Assembly (NCBI GenBank): GCA_902617625.1
Contig: CACMXJ010000004.1
Span: 29,206-93,205 of the forward strand
Direction: 5' to 3'
From: an uncultured Pelagibacteraceae bacterium
GTDB taxonomy: Bacteria > Pseudomonadota > Alphaproteobacteria > Pelagibacterales > Pelagibacteraceae
DNA: 64,000 nt
Part shown: one piece after another, positions 18,890 to 31,222 of the stretch
Position numbering within the stretch: position 1 is the first letter of the stretch
Layout: each line of letters opens with the position of its first letter
Made by a program: the position numbers and the translations under genes
The notes under the pieces: generated by a model
Told to the model about the DNA's origin: nothing
What the model saw: the letters and a program-made list of their open reading frames with translations, nothing else
Databases searched by the model: none

Positions 18890-20443
18890 GTGTTATATTT
18901 TTCAAAACTAAGAATTATTTTTATTACTTTAATTTCCTTACTTTTTATTATATTTGCTTTATCAAACCTTTTTAATTTTGATAACAAAATATTAAATAAA
19001 AAAATTAATTTAGGTTTAGATCTACAAGGAGGATCTTATCTTTTGCTGGAAATTGATAATGATCCAGTAATCGAGCAAAAACTTCAAAATTTAACAGTTA
19101 CGATAAGAAATTTTTTTAAAGAAAAAAATGTCAGAATTACAAATTTTAAACTTTCAAATCAGACCTTATCATTTACTTCAGATGAAAATTCAAAACAAAC
19201 TATCTTGGATGAATTTGCGTCAGAAGAAAGTGAATTAAATCCTTATTACCAAAGATTTAAATCACATCAATTAGATATAGTTGAGGAAAATAATTTTTTT
19301 AAGGTTTCTTTCTCAAAGCAAGGAATTATTAATCTAAAAACATCATCTCAAGATCAAGCGCTAGAAATAGTTAGAAGAAGAATAGATGAAATCGGTACAA
19401 ATGAACCCAATATTTTAAAAAGAGGTAATGATAGAATATTAGTTGAGTTACCAGGATTAGATGATCCAATGAGAATAAAATCTTTACTTGGAAAAACTGC
19501 AAATTTAACATTTAGATTTGTTACCAATGATACCGAAGGTTCATTCGGTGCAGAAAAATTAGAATTTGAAGATGGTACCGAGGAAGCAATAGTTAGTAAA
19601 AGAATTATACTAAGTGGTGAAAATCTTTTAGATGCTCAACCAAGAATGGATACAGAAAACAATGAGACTGTTGTGACCTTTTCACTGGATAGGGTAGGAG
19701 CAAAAAGATTTGGTAAAGCCACCTCTACAGGTATTGGTAAAAGATTAGCTATAGTTTTGGATGGAAAAGTTATTAGTGCTCCAGTTATCAGAGACACAAT
19801 TGCTACTGGTTCTGGCCAAATCAGTGGAGGATTTACATTTCAATCAGCAACTGATCTTGCCTTACTTTTAAGATCAGGTGCATTACCTGCCCCTCTAAAT
19901 ATTATTGAAGAAAGAACTGTTGGTCCAGATTTAGGACAGGACTCTATAAACGCAGGAATGATTGCTTTGTTGATTGGTTTTATATTGGTCATACTTTATA
20001 TTTTTGTTAAATATAAAATCTTTGGAATCATCACTAATATTGCTTTAATTTTAAATCTTTTCATATTAGTTGGAATACTAACCATTTTTGAAGCAACTTT
20101 AACATTACCTGGTATAGCAGGAATAATTCTTACCGTGGGTATGGCTGTTGATGCAAATGTTCTAATTTTTGAAAGAATTAAAGAGGAGTTAAAGAGTGAA
20201 AAAAATAATTTAATAGCATTTGATAGTGGTTATACAAAATCCAGAACTGCTATATTAGATGCGAATATTACTACTTTATTAGCAGCGATTATTTTATTCT
20301 TTATGGGATCAGGTCCAATTAAAGGTTTTTCATTAACACTAGGAATTGGGATATTTACAACATTATTCACTGTCTATTTTATAGCAAGATTATTGACCGT
20401 TTTGTATGTATCGAAAAATAAAGAAAAAGAGGGACTGATTTAG
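18890..20443 (+). CDS. secD: Protein translocase subunit SecD
   Basis: 517 aa, LGLDLQGG, and a C-terminal 6-TM domain containing GMAVDANVLIFERI. Confidence 0.95.
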   Translation: MLYFSKLRIIFITLISLLFIIFALSNLFNFDNKILNKKINLGLDLQGGSYLLLEIDNDPVIEQKLQNLTVTIRNFFKEKNVRITNFKLSNQTLSFTSDENSKQTILDEFASEESELNPYYQRFKSHQLDIVEENNFFKVSFSKQGIINLKTSSQDQALEIVRRRIDEIGTNEPNILKRGNDRILVELPGLDDPMRIKSLLGKTANLTFRFVTNDTEGSFGAEKLEFEDGTEEAIVSKRIILSGENLLDAQPRMDTENNETVVTFSLDRVGAKRFGKATSTGIGKRLAIVLDGKVISAPVIRDTIATGSGQISGGFTFQSATDLALLLRSGALPAPLNIIEERTVGPDLGQDSINAGMIALLIGFILVILYIFVKYKIFGIITNIALILNLFILVGILTIFEATLTLPGIAGIILTVGMAVDANVLIFERIKEELKSEKNNLIAFDSGYTKSRTAILDANITTLLAAIILFFMGSGPIKGFSLTLGIGIFTTLFTVYFIARLLTVLYVSKNKEKEGLI

Positions 20444-21328
20444 ATGATAGCCTTTAACAAATATTATAATAAATTTAATATTCTTTCAGTATCTTTAGTA
20501 ATTGTTTCTTTATTATTACTTACGTTTAAAGGTTTAAATTTTGGAATAGATTTTAAAGGTGGAACTCTTATTGAATTAAGATCTACAGACAGTAAGATTA
20601 ATGTTTCCTCACTAAGGGATAATTTAAGTCAAATGAATTTGGGCGATGTATCTGTTAAAAACTTTGGTAATGAGACTGATTTTTTAATTAAGTTTGAAAA
20701 TAATGAAAATAAAAATGTAATTGAAGAAATTAAGAAGAATTTAGATAAATCATTCGGGAACAGCTTCAATTTCAGAAGAGTAGAAAATGTTGGCCCTAAA
20801 GTTAGTGCTGAATTATTAAGATCAGGTGTTATTGCAATATCAGTGGCTTTGTTTTTGATGCTTGTATATATTTGGATAAGATTTGAGTGGCAATTCAGCT
20901 TGGGTGCTATAGCAGCTTTATTCCATGACGTTATTGTTACACTTGGTCTCTTTTCTTTATTAGGTTTGGAGATTAATCTTTCAATAATTGCAGCTGTGCT
21001 TACAATAGTTGGTTATTCAATGAACGATACAGTTGTAATTTTTGATAGAGTAAGAGAAAATTTAAGAAAATATTCAGACATAAAAATTTTTGAATTAACA
21101 AATATTTCTATAAACGAAACTTTATCTAGAACTTTGATTACTTCTGTAACAACTCTATTAGCCTTACTCTCAATATTCTTTTTTGGTGGTGAAGTATTAA
21201 AAGGTTTTTCTTTAGCTATGATATTCGGGGTAATTTTTGGAACCTATTCATCAATTTATATTGCAAATACAGTGCTAGTTAGACTCAATGTGTCTCAAAA
21301 AACAGTCCTTAGAGAAGATAAAAATTAA
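20444..21328 (+). CDS. secF: Protein translocase subunit SecF
   Basis: 294 aa, GIDFKGGT, GYSMNDTVVIFDRVREN. Starts at the base after the secD stop. Confidence 0.95.
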   Translation: MIAFNKYYNKFNILSVSLVIVSLLLLTFKGLNFGIDFKGGTLIELRSTDSKINVSSLRDNLSQMNLGDVSVKNFGNETDFLIKFENNENKNVIEEIKKNLDKSFGNSFNFRRVENVGPKVSAELLRSGVIAISVALFLMLVYIWIRFEWQFSLGAIAALFHDVIVTLGLFSLLGLEINLSIIAAVLTIVGYSMNDTVVIFDRVRENLRKYSDIKIFELTNISINETLSRTLITSVTTLLALLSIFFFGGEVLKGFSLAMIFGVIFGTYSSIYIANTVLVRLNVSQKTVLREDKN

Positions 21329-21927
21329 TATAAATTTTGAGCTGCTACCATTGAAAGTAGCATCGGTAAAGATAACAAAGTATTTGTTCTTGAAAATAGC
21401 ATAGCTGTCTTAGCTGATTTTGCTTTCACCTCAGGTTCACATTCTACTATACCTAAAGCTTTTTTCTGATTTGGCCAAATTACAAACCATACATTAAAAG
21501 CCATAACAACACCTAGCCACATTCCAATTCCAATTGCGGTATGTTTTGGCACCCCTGAGCCTATACTCAAAGTCATTGCGTCATGAAGATATCCATTTAA
21601 CCACGCAAGTATAAATCCTGATAGGATTGTAAGTGCTGCTGCCCATCTAAAATAAAAAAGAGCAGCTGGAGCAATTACCTTACCAATAGCTGGCTTTTGT
21701 TCATCAGGTATTTTACCCATATTAGGAATTTGAACGAAATTAAAATACCACAAAAGACCTATCCACATTATAGCTACTACGACGTGAAAAAATCTTGTCA
21801 ACCAAGACCAGAAGAGTCTATCGAAACTAAATCCGTCATTTTGATAGAACAATCCTATAAAAACAACTAAAGCTAATGCTAATGAAGCATGAATTGTTCT
21901 TGGTAGAGAGCCTAATAATTTATCCAT
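21325..21927 (-). CDS. Conserved integral membrane protein, function unknown (possibly Urate_ox_N/CopD-like)
   Basis: 200 aa, 4-5 TM segments, Trp-rich (HVVVAIMWIGLLWYFNFVQ). The family assignment is a weak recollection only. Confidence 0.55.
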   Translation of the reverse strand: MDKLLGSLPRTIHASLALALVVFIGLFYQNDGFSFDRLFWSWLTRFFHVVVAIMWIGLLWYFNFVQIPNMGKIPDEQKPAIGKVIAPAALFYFRWAAALTILSGFILAWLNGYLHDAMTLSIGSGVPKHTAIGIGMWLGVVMAFNVWFVIWPNQKKALGIVECEPEVKAKSAKTAMLFSRTNTLLSLPMLLSMVAAQNLY

Positions 21928-21971
21928 ATTTAAATATACTAATTTTGATTATGTTTAACAATGATTTTTTT

Positions 21972-24827
21972 TTAATTTAAAAGTTGTTTCAAAAATTTTC
22001 CAGTATAACTTTCATTAATTTTACAAATTTCCTCTGGCTTTCCTTCTGCGATAATTTTTCCACCTTTGACACCACCCTCAGGTCCCATATCAACAATATA
22101 ATCTGCTGTTTTTATAACATCTAAATTATGTTCAATTACAACAACAGTATTTCCTAAAGCTACAAATGTATGGAGAATTTCAAGTAATTTTTTTATATCA
22201 TGTTGATGTAAACCGGTAGTTGGTTCATCTAGTATATACATTGTTCTTCCTGTAGATCTTTTTGATAACTCTTTAGCTAATTTAATTCTCTGAGCTTCAC
22301 CACCTGATAAAGTTGTAGCTTGTTGGCCGATTTTTATATACCCTAAACCAACTTTCTTTAATGTTAGTAATTTTGTTTTAATATTAGATATATTTTCAAA
22401 GTATTCACATCCCTCATCGACTGTCATGTTTAAAACATCAGCGATACTCTTGTCTTTAAATTTGATTTCTAAGGTTTCTCTGTTGTATCTAGTGCCTTTG
22501 CATTCATCGCATTGAATATAAACATCTGGTAGAAAGTGCATTTCATAGGTTATCACTCCATCACCTTCACATGCTTCACATCTACCACCTTTAACATTAA
22601 ATGAAAATCTACCAGGCTTATAACCTCTAGACTTTGACTCAGGTAAACCTGTAAACCAGTCTCTAATAGGACCAAAGGCGCCTGTATAAGTAGCAGGATT
22701 AGATCTTGGAGTTCTTCCGATAGGTGATTGATCAATATCGATGATTTTATCAATCAACTCTGTTCCTTTAAAACCTTTAAATGGCTTTGGAATTTTTCTA
22801 GACTTATTATTGTTTAATGTTAGATTTAAAGCATTGTAAAGCGTCTGCAATACAAGAGTAGATTTTCCGCTACCTGATACTCCTGTTACACAAGTTAAAC
22901 TTCCTAATGGAATTTTTAAATTAACATTATTAAGATTATTTCCAGTTGCACCAGTAATTTCTAAAAATCTTCCATTCTTGGCCAACCTTCTTTTTGAGGG
23001 CACATTTATTTTTAATTTGTTTGATAGATATTTTCCAGTAATACTATTTTGATTTTGACTTATTTCTTTAATTGAACCTGCTGCAACAACTTCACCACCT
23101 TTGTTACCGGCTTCTGGCCCAAGATCAATTATATGATCTGCATTCTCCATTGTTTCAGTATCATGTTCAACTACTATAACTGTATTGCCTAAATCTCTTA
23201 ATCTTTTTAAGGCATTAATTAGCTTTACATTATCTTTTTGATGAAGACCTATTGATGGTTCATCTAAAACATATAAAACACCAGTTAAACCAGAACCAAT
23301 CTGTGATGCTAATCTTATTCTTTGTGCTTCACCACCAGATAAAGTTCCAGACTCTCTTGAAAGAGTAAGATAATCAAGACCAACATTGAGTAAAAAATTT
23401 AATCTTTCGTTAATTTCTTTTAAAATATGTTCAGCAATTTTAACTTGTCTTCTGTCTAAATTATTTTTTAAATTATCAAACCATATTGCAGCATCTGAAA
23501 TTGATTTTTCTGTAACCTCACTGATATGAAGACCATCAATTTTTACACATAATGCCTCATCTTTTAATCTATGACCATTACATCTTTCACATTTGGTGTC
23601 TGATTGATATTGAGCAATTTCTTCTCTTTTCCAATCACTATCTGTCTCTAGGTATCTTCTTTCTAAGTTGTTTATTACACCTTCAAAAGTTTTTTTATGT
23701 GAATATTTTTCGTAACCATCGTCATACGTAAATTTTATTTCTTCATCATCAGATCCATAAAGGATAATATCTTTTATCTTTTTTGGTAATTTTGACCATT
23801 TTTCTTCTAGAGAAAATCCATAATGCTTAGCTAAAGAACTTAATGTTTGAGCATAATACAATGTTGTTGTTTTTGCCCAGGGTTCAATTGCACCATCAAT
23901 TATACTTTTTTTCTCATTTGGTATAACCAAATTTGGATCAACATTAAGCTTTATCCCGATACCCTCACATTCCTCACAAGCACCAAATGGACTATTGAAA
24001 GAAAATAATCTTGGTTCAATTTCTTCTATGGTAAATCCACTTTCAGGACATGCAAATTTGGTTGAAAATATCAATTTTTCCAGTTTTCTAAATTTTTTTG
24101 GTAAAGTTTCATCTTCATATTCAACAAACAAAAGACCATTAGCTAGCTGTATTGAAGTCTCTATACCTTCTGCAAGTCGATTTCCTAAAGATGAGTTTAG
24201 AACTATTCTATCAACAAGTATTGAAATATCATGTTTAATTTTCTTATTTAACTCTGGAACTTTTTCAATATCATATAAAACATCATCAATTTTGATTTTT
24301 CTAAAACCTCTTTTTTTATAATTTAAAATCTCTTTTCTATATTCACCTTTTCTTCCTCTGACTACAGGTGCATAAAGATAAATAGTTGATTTTTTTGGTA
24401 GTTTTTTAATCTTATCTACTATTTGACTAACAGTTTGTGACTCAATTGGTTTACCAGTAAAAGGTGAATAGGGAATACCAGCTCTAGCATATAACACTCT
24501 CATATAATCATAAATTTCGGTAACTGTTGCAACTGTAGATCTAGGATTTTTTGATGTATTTTTTTGCTCTATTGATATTGCAGGACTTAAACCCTCTATA
24601 AGATCAACATTTGGTTTTTTCATTTTATCCAAAAATTGTCTTGCATATGCCGATAAACTCTCGACATATCTTCTTTGACCTTCAGCATAAATTGTATCAA
24701 ACGCCAATGAAGATTTTCCTGACCCAGATAGTCCGGTAATTACAATAAATTTATCCTTTGGAATTTCTAAAGATATATTTTTTAAATTATGTTCTTTTGC
24801 ACCCTTTATAACTATCTTTTTGATCAT
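21972..24827 (-). CDS. uvrA: Excinuclease ABC subunit A
   Basis: 951 aa with two ABC modules ([18 protein letters not shown]; LSGGEAQR twice) and CxxC zinc modules. Confidence 0.97.
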   Translation of the reverse strand: MIKKIVIKGAKEHNLKNISLEIPKDKFIVITGLSGSGKSSLAFDTIYAEGQRRYVESLSAYARQFLDKMKKPNVDLIEGLSPAISIEQKNTSKNPRSTVATVTEIYDYMRVLYARAGIPYSPFTGKPIESQTVSQIVDKIKKLPKKSTIYLYAPVVRGRKGEYRKEILNYKKRGFRKIKIDDVLYDIEKVPELNKKIKHDISILVDRIVLNSSLGNRLAEGIETSIQLANGLLFVEYEDETLPKKFRKLEKLIFSTKFACPESGFTIEEIEPRLFSFNSPFGACEECEGIGIKLNVDPNLVIPNEKKSIIDGAIEPWAKTTTLYYAQTLSSLAKHYGFSLEEKWSKLPKKIKDIILYGSDDEEIKFTYDDGYEKYSHKKTFEGVINNLERRYLETDSDWKREEIAQYQSDTKCERCNGHRLKDEALCVKIDGLHISEVTEKSISDAAIWFDNLKNNLDRRQVKIAEHILKEINERLNFLLNVGLDYLTLSRESGTLSGGEAQRIRLASQIGSGLTGVLYVLDEPSIGLHQKDNVKLINALKRLRDLGNTVIVVEHDTETMENADHIIDLGPEAGNKGGEVVAAGSIKEISQNQNSITGKYLSNKLKINVPSKRRLAKNGRFLEITGATGNNLNNVNLKIPLGSLTCVTGVSGSGKSTLVLQTLYNALNLTLNNNKSRKIPKPFKGFKGTELIDKIIDIDQSPIGRTPRSNPATYTGAFGPIRDWFTGLPESKSRGYKPGRFSFNVKGGRCEACEGDGVITYEMHFLPDVYIQCDECKGTRYNRETLEIKFKDKSIADVLNMTVDEGCEYFENISNIKTKLLTLKKVGLGYIKIGQQATTLSGGEAQRIKLAKELSKRSTGRTMYILDEPTTGLHQHDIKKLLEILHTFVALGNTVVVIEHNLDVIKTADYIVDMGPEGGVKGGKIIAEGKPEEICKINESYTGKFLKQLLN

Positions 24828-24917
24828 AATTTATGTTGCTTTGGCCTAATAAAATTAATATTCAGAGTAAAATTGTGATATAAATTAATTAACTAATAAA
24901 ATAAATATTAAAATATT

Positions 24918-25373
24918 ATGGCTGGAAGTTTAAATAAAGTACTTTTAATTGGTCGTTTAGGCGCAGATCCCGAAATCAAGCAAATGGTGAATGGAAAAAG
25001 CGTTGCAAGATTAAGTCTTGCAACAAGTCAATCATGGAAAGATAAAAATACGGGCGAAAAAAAAGAAAAAACTGAATGGCACCGTATAGTTGTATTTAAT
25101 GAAGGTTTAGTAAATGTTGTTCAACAATATCTTAAAAAAGGTGCTCAAGTTTATGTTGAGGGTCAAATATCAACAAGAAAATGGAAAGATGAACAATCTG
25201 GACAAGACAAATATTCAACTGAAGTAGTTATACAAGGCTACAATTCTTCTCTTACTATGCTTGGAGGTGGAAATTCAGGTGGCGGTATAGCAAATGACAA
25301 TTCACAAATATCAAATAATGCTGAGGATCTATCTCAAGTTCAAAATGATATGGACGACGATATTCCATTTTAA
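24918..25373 (+). CDS. ssb: Single-stranded DNA-binding protein
   Basis: [12 protein letters not shown] fold, a Gly-rich linker and an acidic tail DDDIPF. Confidence 0.95.
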   Translation: MAGSLNKVLLIGRLGADPEIKQMVNGKSVARLSLATSQSWKDKNTGEKKEKTEWHRIVVFNEGLVNVVQQYLKKGAQVYVEGQISTRKWKDEQSGQDKYSTEVVIQGYNSSLTMLGGGNSGGGIANDNSQISNNAEDLSQVQNDMDDDIPF

Positions 25374-25378
25374 TCATT

Positions 25379-27958
25379 ATGGAAAAAAACGAAGTTTCTA
25401 AAGATAAAAATATAAAATTAATTTCAATGCATGATGAGATGAGCTCATCTTATCTCTCATATGCAATGAGTGTTATTGTTAGTAGAGCTCTCCCAGATGT
25501 TAGAGATGGCTTAAAACCTGTGCACAGAAGAATATTATATGCAATGTATAAGGGTGGTTATGATTGGACGAAACAATTTAGAAAATGTGCAAGAATTGTT
25601 GGGGATGTAATAGGTAAATATCACCCACATGGTGATCAATCAGTTTATGATGCCCTTGTTCGTATGGTTCAGGATTTTTCAATGAGTTTACCTCTCGTTG
25701 ATGGTCAAGGTAATTTTGGATCTATAGATGGTGATCCAGCAGCCGCTATGAGATATACAGAAACTAGATTATCAAAAGTTTCGCAATTTTTAATTGATGA
25801 TATTGAAAAAAATACAATTGAATTTAAAAGCAATTATGATGAAACAGAAAAAGAGCCGTCTGTATTACCTGCGCAGTTTCCAAATCTATTAGTAAATGGA
25901 GCAGGAGGTATCGCCGTTGGTATGGCGACAAGTATTCCACCTCATAATTTAGGAGAGATTATTAACGGTACATTAGCTTTAATTGATAACAAAGATATCA
26001 AGATTAAAGATTTAATGAAGCACATACCTGGACCTGATTTTCCTACAGGTGGTGTAATTATTGGTAAAGATATTATTAAACAGGGTTATAACAAAGGTAG
26101 AGGCTCTTTTAAAATTAGAGGTGAAATATCAAACGAAACTCTTAAAAATGGTAGAGATAGATTAGTTATAAATTCTATTCCTTATCAAGTTAATAAATCT
26201 GTGTTGAATGAGAGAATAGCACAATTAGTTAGAGAAAAGAAAATAGAGGGTATTAGAGATATACGAGATGAGTCCAACAGAGAAGGTATCAGAGTTTCAA
26301 TAGATTTACGAACAGGAGTTGAACCTGAGACTGTCAAAAGACAATTATACAAAAATACTCAAATAGAAAGTTCATTTGGGTTTAATACTCTTGCAATAGT
26401 AGATGGAAAGCCAAAGACTTGTAATCTTAAAGAATTTTTAGAAAATTTTTTAGAATTTAGAGAAGACGTTGTACTAAAGAAAACAAAATTTGATCTCAAT
26501 AAAGCAGAAGATAGAGCACATATCTTAATTGGTTTATCCGTATCTGTTGAAAATTTAGATAAAGTAATAAAGATTATAAGAGGTTCAAAAACTCCAGATG
26601 ACGCAAAAAAATCTTTATTAAATACTAAATGGAAAATTAATAAATCAAAAAAAATGGTTTCATTAATAGAGAGCAAAAATTCAAAAGGTTTATATAATTT
26701 ATCAGTTGTACAAGTTGAAGCTATATTAGAATTAAGATTACAAAAATTAACAGCACTTGGTATTAATGAAATAGAAGTTGAAATAAAAAAACTATCCGAA
26801 TTAATTTCTTCGTTAAAAAAAATCATATCTTCAAAAAAAGAATTATTAAAAGTAATCAGTAATGAACTTAAGGAAATAAAAGATAGATACGCAACACCAA
26901 GAAGAACAAAAATTATTGATGCAGTGCTAAATTATGACATTGAGGAAACAATACAAAAAGAAACTGTTCTTATAACTGTTACCTTACAAGGTTATATAAA
27001 AAGAGGATCACTTAAAACTGTAAAGATTCAAAAAAGAGGAGGTAAAGGTAAAACTGGTATCACAACTAGAAATGAAGACTCTGTAGTTCAAACTCTATCA
27101 GTTAATACTCATACTTCTGTTCTATTTTTTTCTACTGAAGGTCTTGTTTATAAAGTAAAAGCATGGAAAATACCTGAAGGTTCAGCATCATCAAAAGGCA
27201 AATCTCTATTTAATATTTTGCCACTTAAAAATCATCAATCAATAAGTTCAATTATGCCATTTCCTGAAAGTGACGAAGATTCAACTAAATACCAGATAGT
27301 TTTTGCAACTTCACAAGGCAAAGTTAGAAAAAATAGTTTAGAAGATTTCGCTTCAATTAATACATCAGGAAAAATAGCAATGAAGCTAGATACTAATGAT
27401 AAAATAATTGGAGTTAAGATTTGTAAAGATGATCAAGATATAATCTTAAGTACAAAATTTGGAAAGTGTATTAGATTTGAGTCTAAAAAGTTAAGAATAT
27501 TTAAGGGAAGGTCATCAAAAGGTATTAAAGGGATAGAATTAACACCTAACGATGAAATAGTCTCTTTATCAATTATTGATAATAATAAGTTAAAGAAAAA
27601 TGGAAAAAATACAAAAGATGATAAGTCTGAATTAGCAGCAAAACAAAAATTTATTTTATCTATTAGTGAAAATGGTTTTGGCAAAAAAACCTCACATTAT
27701 GATTACAGAACAACAAATAGAGGTGGTAAAGGAATTATTGGAATTATTAATTCACCGAGAAATGGGAATATTGCATCATCGTTCCCTGTATATGAGGGAG
27801 ACGAAATAATGATTTCAACAAACAAGGGTAGAGTGATAAGACTAGCAGTTAAAGAAATTAGAACGGCAGGAAGAAATACACAAGGAGTAAGAATAATTAA
27901 GTTATCTGGTGATGAAAAAGTGGTTTCAGCAATTAAAATTGATGATAATTTAATATAA
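25379..27958 (+). CDS. gyrA: DNA gyrase subunit A
   Basis: 859 aa, [14 protein letters not shown], the AAMRYTE active-site Tyr region, and C-terminal beta-pinwheel repeats. Confidence 0.97.
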   Translation: MEKNEVSKDKNIKLISMHDEMSSSYLSYAMSVIVSRALPDVRDGLKPVHRRILYAMYKGGYDWTKQFRKCARIVGDVIGKYHPHGDQSVYDALVRMVQDFSMSLPLVDGQGNFGSIDGDPAAAMRYTETRLSKVSQFLIDDIEKNTIEFKSNYDETEKEPSVLPAQFPNLLVNGAGGIAVGMATSIPPHNLGEIINGTLALIDNKDIKIKDLMKHIPGPDFPTGGVIIGKDIIKQGYNKGRGSFKIRGEISNETLKNGRDRLVINSIPYQVNKSVLNERIAQLVREKKIEGIRDIRDESNREGIRVSIDLRTGVEPETVKRQLYKNTQIESSFGFNTLAIVDGKPKTCNLKEFLENFLEFREDVVLKKTKFDLNKAEDRAHILIGLSVSVENLDKVIKIIRGSKTPDDAKKSLLNTKWKINKSKKMVSLIESKNSKGLYNLSVVQVEAILELRLQKLTALGINEIEVEIKKLSELISSLKKIISSKKELLKVISNELKEIKDRYATPRRTKIIDAVLNYDIEETIQKETVLITVTLQGYIKRGSLKTVKIQKRGGKGKTGITTRNEDSVVQTLSVNTHTSVLFFSTEGLVYKVKAWKIPEGSASSKGKSLFNILPLKNHQSISSIMPFPESDEDSTKYQIVFATSQGKVRKNSLEDFASINTSGKIAMKLDTNDKIIGVKICKDDQDIILSTKFGKCIRFESKKLRIFKGRSSKGIKGIELTPNDEIVSLSIIDNNKLKKNGKNTKDDKSELAAKQKFILSISENGFGKKTSHYDYRTTNRGGKGIIGIINSPRNGNIASSFPVYEGDEIMISTNKGRVIRLAVKEIRTAGRNTQGVRIIKLSGDEKVVSAIKIDDNLI

Positions 27959-28452
27959 TGTCTAAGACAGCTATCTATCCAGGCACATTTGATCCAATTA
28001 CTTTTGGTCATATTGATGTAATAAAAAAAGCATTAAAATTATTTGATAAAATTGTTGTGGCCGTCTCAGACGGTGAAAATAAAGATTATCTTTTTGATGC
28101 TGAGGAAAGATTAGAAATTGTAAGAAATGCTCTTTTTAAAGATCTAAAAATGAATAAAAAAAAAATAACTTTGATTTCATTTAAATCATTAACAACTAGT
28201 CTTTGTAAAAAATACAAATCCAATATTATATTGAGAGGTTTAAGAGCAGTATCAGATTTTGAATACGAGTTTCAACTTGCTGGTATGAATAGAAAATTGA
28301 ATAATAATATTGAAACTTTATTTTTGATGTCAGATGTTGAAAATCAAATTATTTCTTCAAAGTTTGTTAAAGAAATCATTAAACTTAATGGAGATATAAA
28401 AAAATTTACAACTAAGAGTACTATTAAAGCTTTAAAAGATAAATATGAGTAA
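27958..28452 (+). CDS. coaD: Phosphopantetheine adenylyltransferase
   Basis: AIYPGTFDPITFGHIDV. 164 aa. Confidence 0.9.
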   Translation: MSKTAIYPGTFDPITFGHIDVIKKALKLFDKIVVAVSDGENKDYLFDAEERLEIVRNALFKDLKMNKKKITLISFKSLTTSLCKKYKSNIILRGLRAVSDFEYEFQLAGMNRKLNNNIETLFLMSDVENQIISSKFVKEIIKLNGDIKKFTTKSTIKALKDKYE

Positions 28453-29005
28453 ACTTTTAATAAAGATATTAATTATTTTTTTATTTACAATTAATCAATC
28501 GTTAACAGAGGAGAATATAATGATTTTAAAATTAAAAGATGGTGATGTAAAGATAGAATTATTTTCAGACACAGCACCCAATCATGTCAAAAGAATAAAA
28601 GAATTGGCTGATGCTGGTAAGTATGACAATGTTGTGTTTCATAGAGTAATTGATGGCTTTATGGCACAAACAGGCGATGTTAAATTTGGCAATTCAAATT
28701 CAGATGATTTTGATTTAAGGAGAGCTGGAATGGGTGGATCAAATTTACCTGACCTTAAACAAGAATTTAGTAATCTTCCTCATGATCGAGGTACATTGTC
28801 TATGGCTAGATCATCAGATCCTAATAGTGCGAATAGTCAATTTTTTATATGTTTTAAACCAGCACCATTTCTTGATAATCAATATACTGTTTTTGGAAAA
28901 GTTATCGAAGGAATGGAATTTGTTGATAAGATCAAAAGAGGTGATGAAAATAATAATGGTGCAGTAACAGATCCTGATAAAATTATCAGTTTCAAATCTT
29001 TATAA
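28445..29005 (+). CDS. Cyclophilin-type peptidyl-prolyl cis-trans isomerase (secreted)
   Basis: FHRVIDGFMAQTGD, SMARSSDPNSANSQFFI and an N-terminal signal peptide. Confidence 0.9.
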   Translation: MSKLLIKILIIFLFTINQSLTEENIMILKLKDGDVKIELFSDTAPNHVKRIKELADAGKYDNVVFHRVIDGFMAQTGDVKFGNSNSDDFDLRRAGMGGSNLPDLKQEFSNLPHDRGTLSMARSSDPNSANSQFFICFKPAPFLDNQYTVFGKVIEGMEFVDKIKRGDENNNGAVTDPDKIISFKSL

Positions 29006-29019
29006 TATTCTAATTTCAA

Positions 29020-30126
29020 TTGAAAAAATTTGAATTTAAAGTTTTAAAAAAAAATAAATTTGCAAGACGTGGTTTAATTGAAACTCACAGAGGTAAAATT
29101 GAAACACCAGTTTTTATGCCTGTGGGAACTCAAGCTACAGTGAAAGCTTGTACAATAGATGACATAAAAAAAACTGGTTCTCAAATTATTCTATCAAATA
29201 CTTATCATTTAATGATACGGCCAGGTGTTAAAAGAATTGAAGATGCAGGCGGACTTCACCAATTTATGAATTGTGATTTACCAATTCTTACAGACTCTGG
29301 TGGCTTTCAAGTCATGTCTTTATCAAAACTGAACAAAATAGATAAAGAAAAAGGGGCAATTTTTAATTCTCATATTGATGGAAAAAAATTTTATCTTAGT
29401 CCAGAGGAAAGTATAAAAATTCAATTAGGACTTAATTCGGATATTGTAATGGTTATGGATGAGTGTCCAAAAAAATCAAATGACTACTCAACTATAGATA
29501 AATCTATGAATTTGTCTTTGTATTGGGCTGAAAGATCTAAGAAAGCTTTTGGGCATAACCCTCACAAAGCTTTATTTGGTATTGTACAAGGAGGTCTATT
29601 TAAAGATTTGAGACAAAAATCCTTAAAAGGACTTTTGGAAATTGGATTTGATGGTTATGCATTAGGTGGTTTAGCTGTAGGAGAAACTCAAGATGAAATG
29701 TTCACTGTTTTAGATGATATTAAAGAACATTTACCCGATGATAAACCTCACTATTTAATGGGTGTAGGTACCCCAAACGATATCTTGGGCGCTGTTAAAA
29801 GAGGTGTTGATATGTTCGATTGTGTTCTTCCAACTAGATCAGGTAGAACTGGACTTGCTTTTACTTGGCAGGGAAGAGTAAATATTAAAAATAATAAATA
29901 CCAAAATGACAATACTCCTCTAGATCCAGAGTGTAAAAATCTAAATTTGAATAAATATTCTAAAAATTATCTAAATCACTTGTTTAATACAAATGAGATT
30001 CTTGGATCAATGTTGTTGACATTACACAATATAAATTTCTATCAAGAATTAATGAGATCGATTAGAGAGAATATCCAAAATGACACATTTGATACTTTTC
30101 ATGATAAATACATAGATAAGTTGTAA
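29020..30126 (+). CDS. tgt: Queuine tRNA-ribosyltransferase
   Basis: 368 aa, TPVFMPVGT, DSGGFQV, LGGLAVGE. TTG start according to the ORF track. Confidence 0.95.
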   Translation: MKKFEFKVLKKNKFARRGLIETHRGKIETPVFMPVGTQATVKACTIDDIKKTGSQIILSNTYHLMIRPGVKRIEDAGGLHQFMNCDLPILTDSGGFQVMSLSKLNKIDKEKGAIFNSHIDGKKFYLSPEESIKIQLGLNSDIVMVMDECPKKSNDYSTIDKSMNLSLYWAERSKKAFGHNPHKALFGIVQGGLFKDLRQKSLKGLLEIGFDGYALGGLAVGETQDEMFTVLDDIKEHLPDDKPHYLMGVGTPNDILGAVKRGVDMFDCVLPTRSGRTGLAFTWQGRVNIKNNKYQNDNTPLDPECKNLNLNKYSKNYLNHLFNTNEILGSMLLTLHNINFYQELMRSIRENIQNDTFDTFHDKYIDKL

Positions 30127-30205
30127 ATAGTTCAGTTTTTTTTTTAAATTCGTGTTTGAAATATTTAGATTATTCTATATATAGACTTCATTCTAAAGTG
30201 AATAT

Positions 30206-30281
<76 letters not shown>

Positions 30282-30291
30282 CTTATATGTA

Positions 30292-31116
30292 TTAAATTTT
30301 TAGTGGTGGATATTTTAAAATAATTTCATTCATACGACTGTTAATCATTTTAATTCTATTTTCAGCTGATGGATGAGTACTCATAAACTCAGGTGGCGCC
30401 TTACCTTTATTTTGTTCTTTCATTCTTTCCCATATCTTAACAGTTTCGCGAATATCGTAGCCTGAAAGAGAAGAAAAAATCATACCAAGATAATCCGCCT
30501 CGCTTTCTTGTTTTCGATTAAAAGGGTTCATAATTCCTATTTGAGATAATAATCCAATAGTATTCATACCAGTAACACGATTAACACTTGATAATTTTCC
30601 GCCACTTAAAATATCAATCACTTGAGTACTTGTATTTAATAAAACTCCTCTACTAGCTCTTTCAACAGAATGTTTTGCAACCGCATGTGCAATTTCATGA
30701 CCCATAACAGCAGCCAATCCGTTTGTATTTTTTGTTATATCAAGCATTCCTGTGTAAACAGCTATTTTTCCACCAGGCATACACCACGCATTTTTGACTT
30801 TTTTATTTTCAATTAAAATATATTCCCAATCAAAATAGATAGTCGGATCTGGTATATTGGAATTTTCAAAATAGATTGATATTGCATCTTCCATTTTTTT
30901 TCCGATTTCTTTTATTTCATTAAGGGACTTAGTATCTTTACTTAATTTTTCTTTCTCTTTAATTTTTTCGTAAATTTGAGCAGCTTGAGCATTTAATTTT
31001 GCCTCTGGAATCAGCTTTAATTGTTTCCTATCTGTAATAGGGGCAGTAGTACAAGAGTTAATTAAGAAACCGCAACAACCACAACCTACATAAGTTAAAA
31101 ATTTTCTTCTATTCAT
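30292..31116 (-). CDS. M48-family zinc metalloprotease, exported lipoprotein-like
   Basis: HEIAHAV (HExxH) plus a downstream E(SEADYLG). The N-terminus MNRRKFLTYVGCGCCGFLINSC looks Tat/lipobox-like. Confidence 0.85.
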   Translation of the reverse strand: MNRRKFLTYVGCGCCGFLINSCTTAPITDRKQLKLIPEAKLNAQAAQIYEKIKEKEKLSKDTKSLNEIKEIGKKMEDAISIYFENSNIPDPTIYFDWEYILIENKKVKNAWCMPGGKIAVYTGMLDITKNTNGLAAVMGHEIAHAVAKHSVERASRGVLLNTSTQVIDILSGGKLSSVNRVTGMNTIGLLSQIGIMNPFNRKQESEADYLGMIFSSLSGYDIRETVKIWERMKEQNKGKAPPEFMSTHPSAENRIKMINSRMNEIILKYPPLKI

Positions 31117-31222
31117 TTTTTATGACATTGGTATTATATAATATAATGAATCTAAATAATAAAATATTATTAATATTATTCATAATAGCAATAGCTTTTG
31201 TGATATTTTCGAGTTTTAGATA

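Noticed and set aside
24828-24917. Search for an alphaproteobacterial LexA box (GTTC-N7-GTTC) in the uvrA/ssb divergent spacer
   Set aside because: No GTTC/GAAC pair is present in the 90-nt spacer, so no SOS operator can be claimed from the sequence.
26359-28011. Antisense ORFs inside gyrA (26359..26826, 27433..27684, 27703..28011). Similar ones lie in uvrA (22553..22753, 23995..24321), ctg 15325..15663, 11656..11937, 8548..9186, 59317..59823 and 62015..62353.
   Set aside because: All lie opposite strongly supported housekeeping CDS and have no motifs. Long antisense frames are expected at this base composition.
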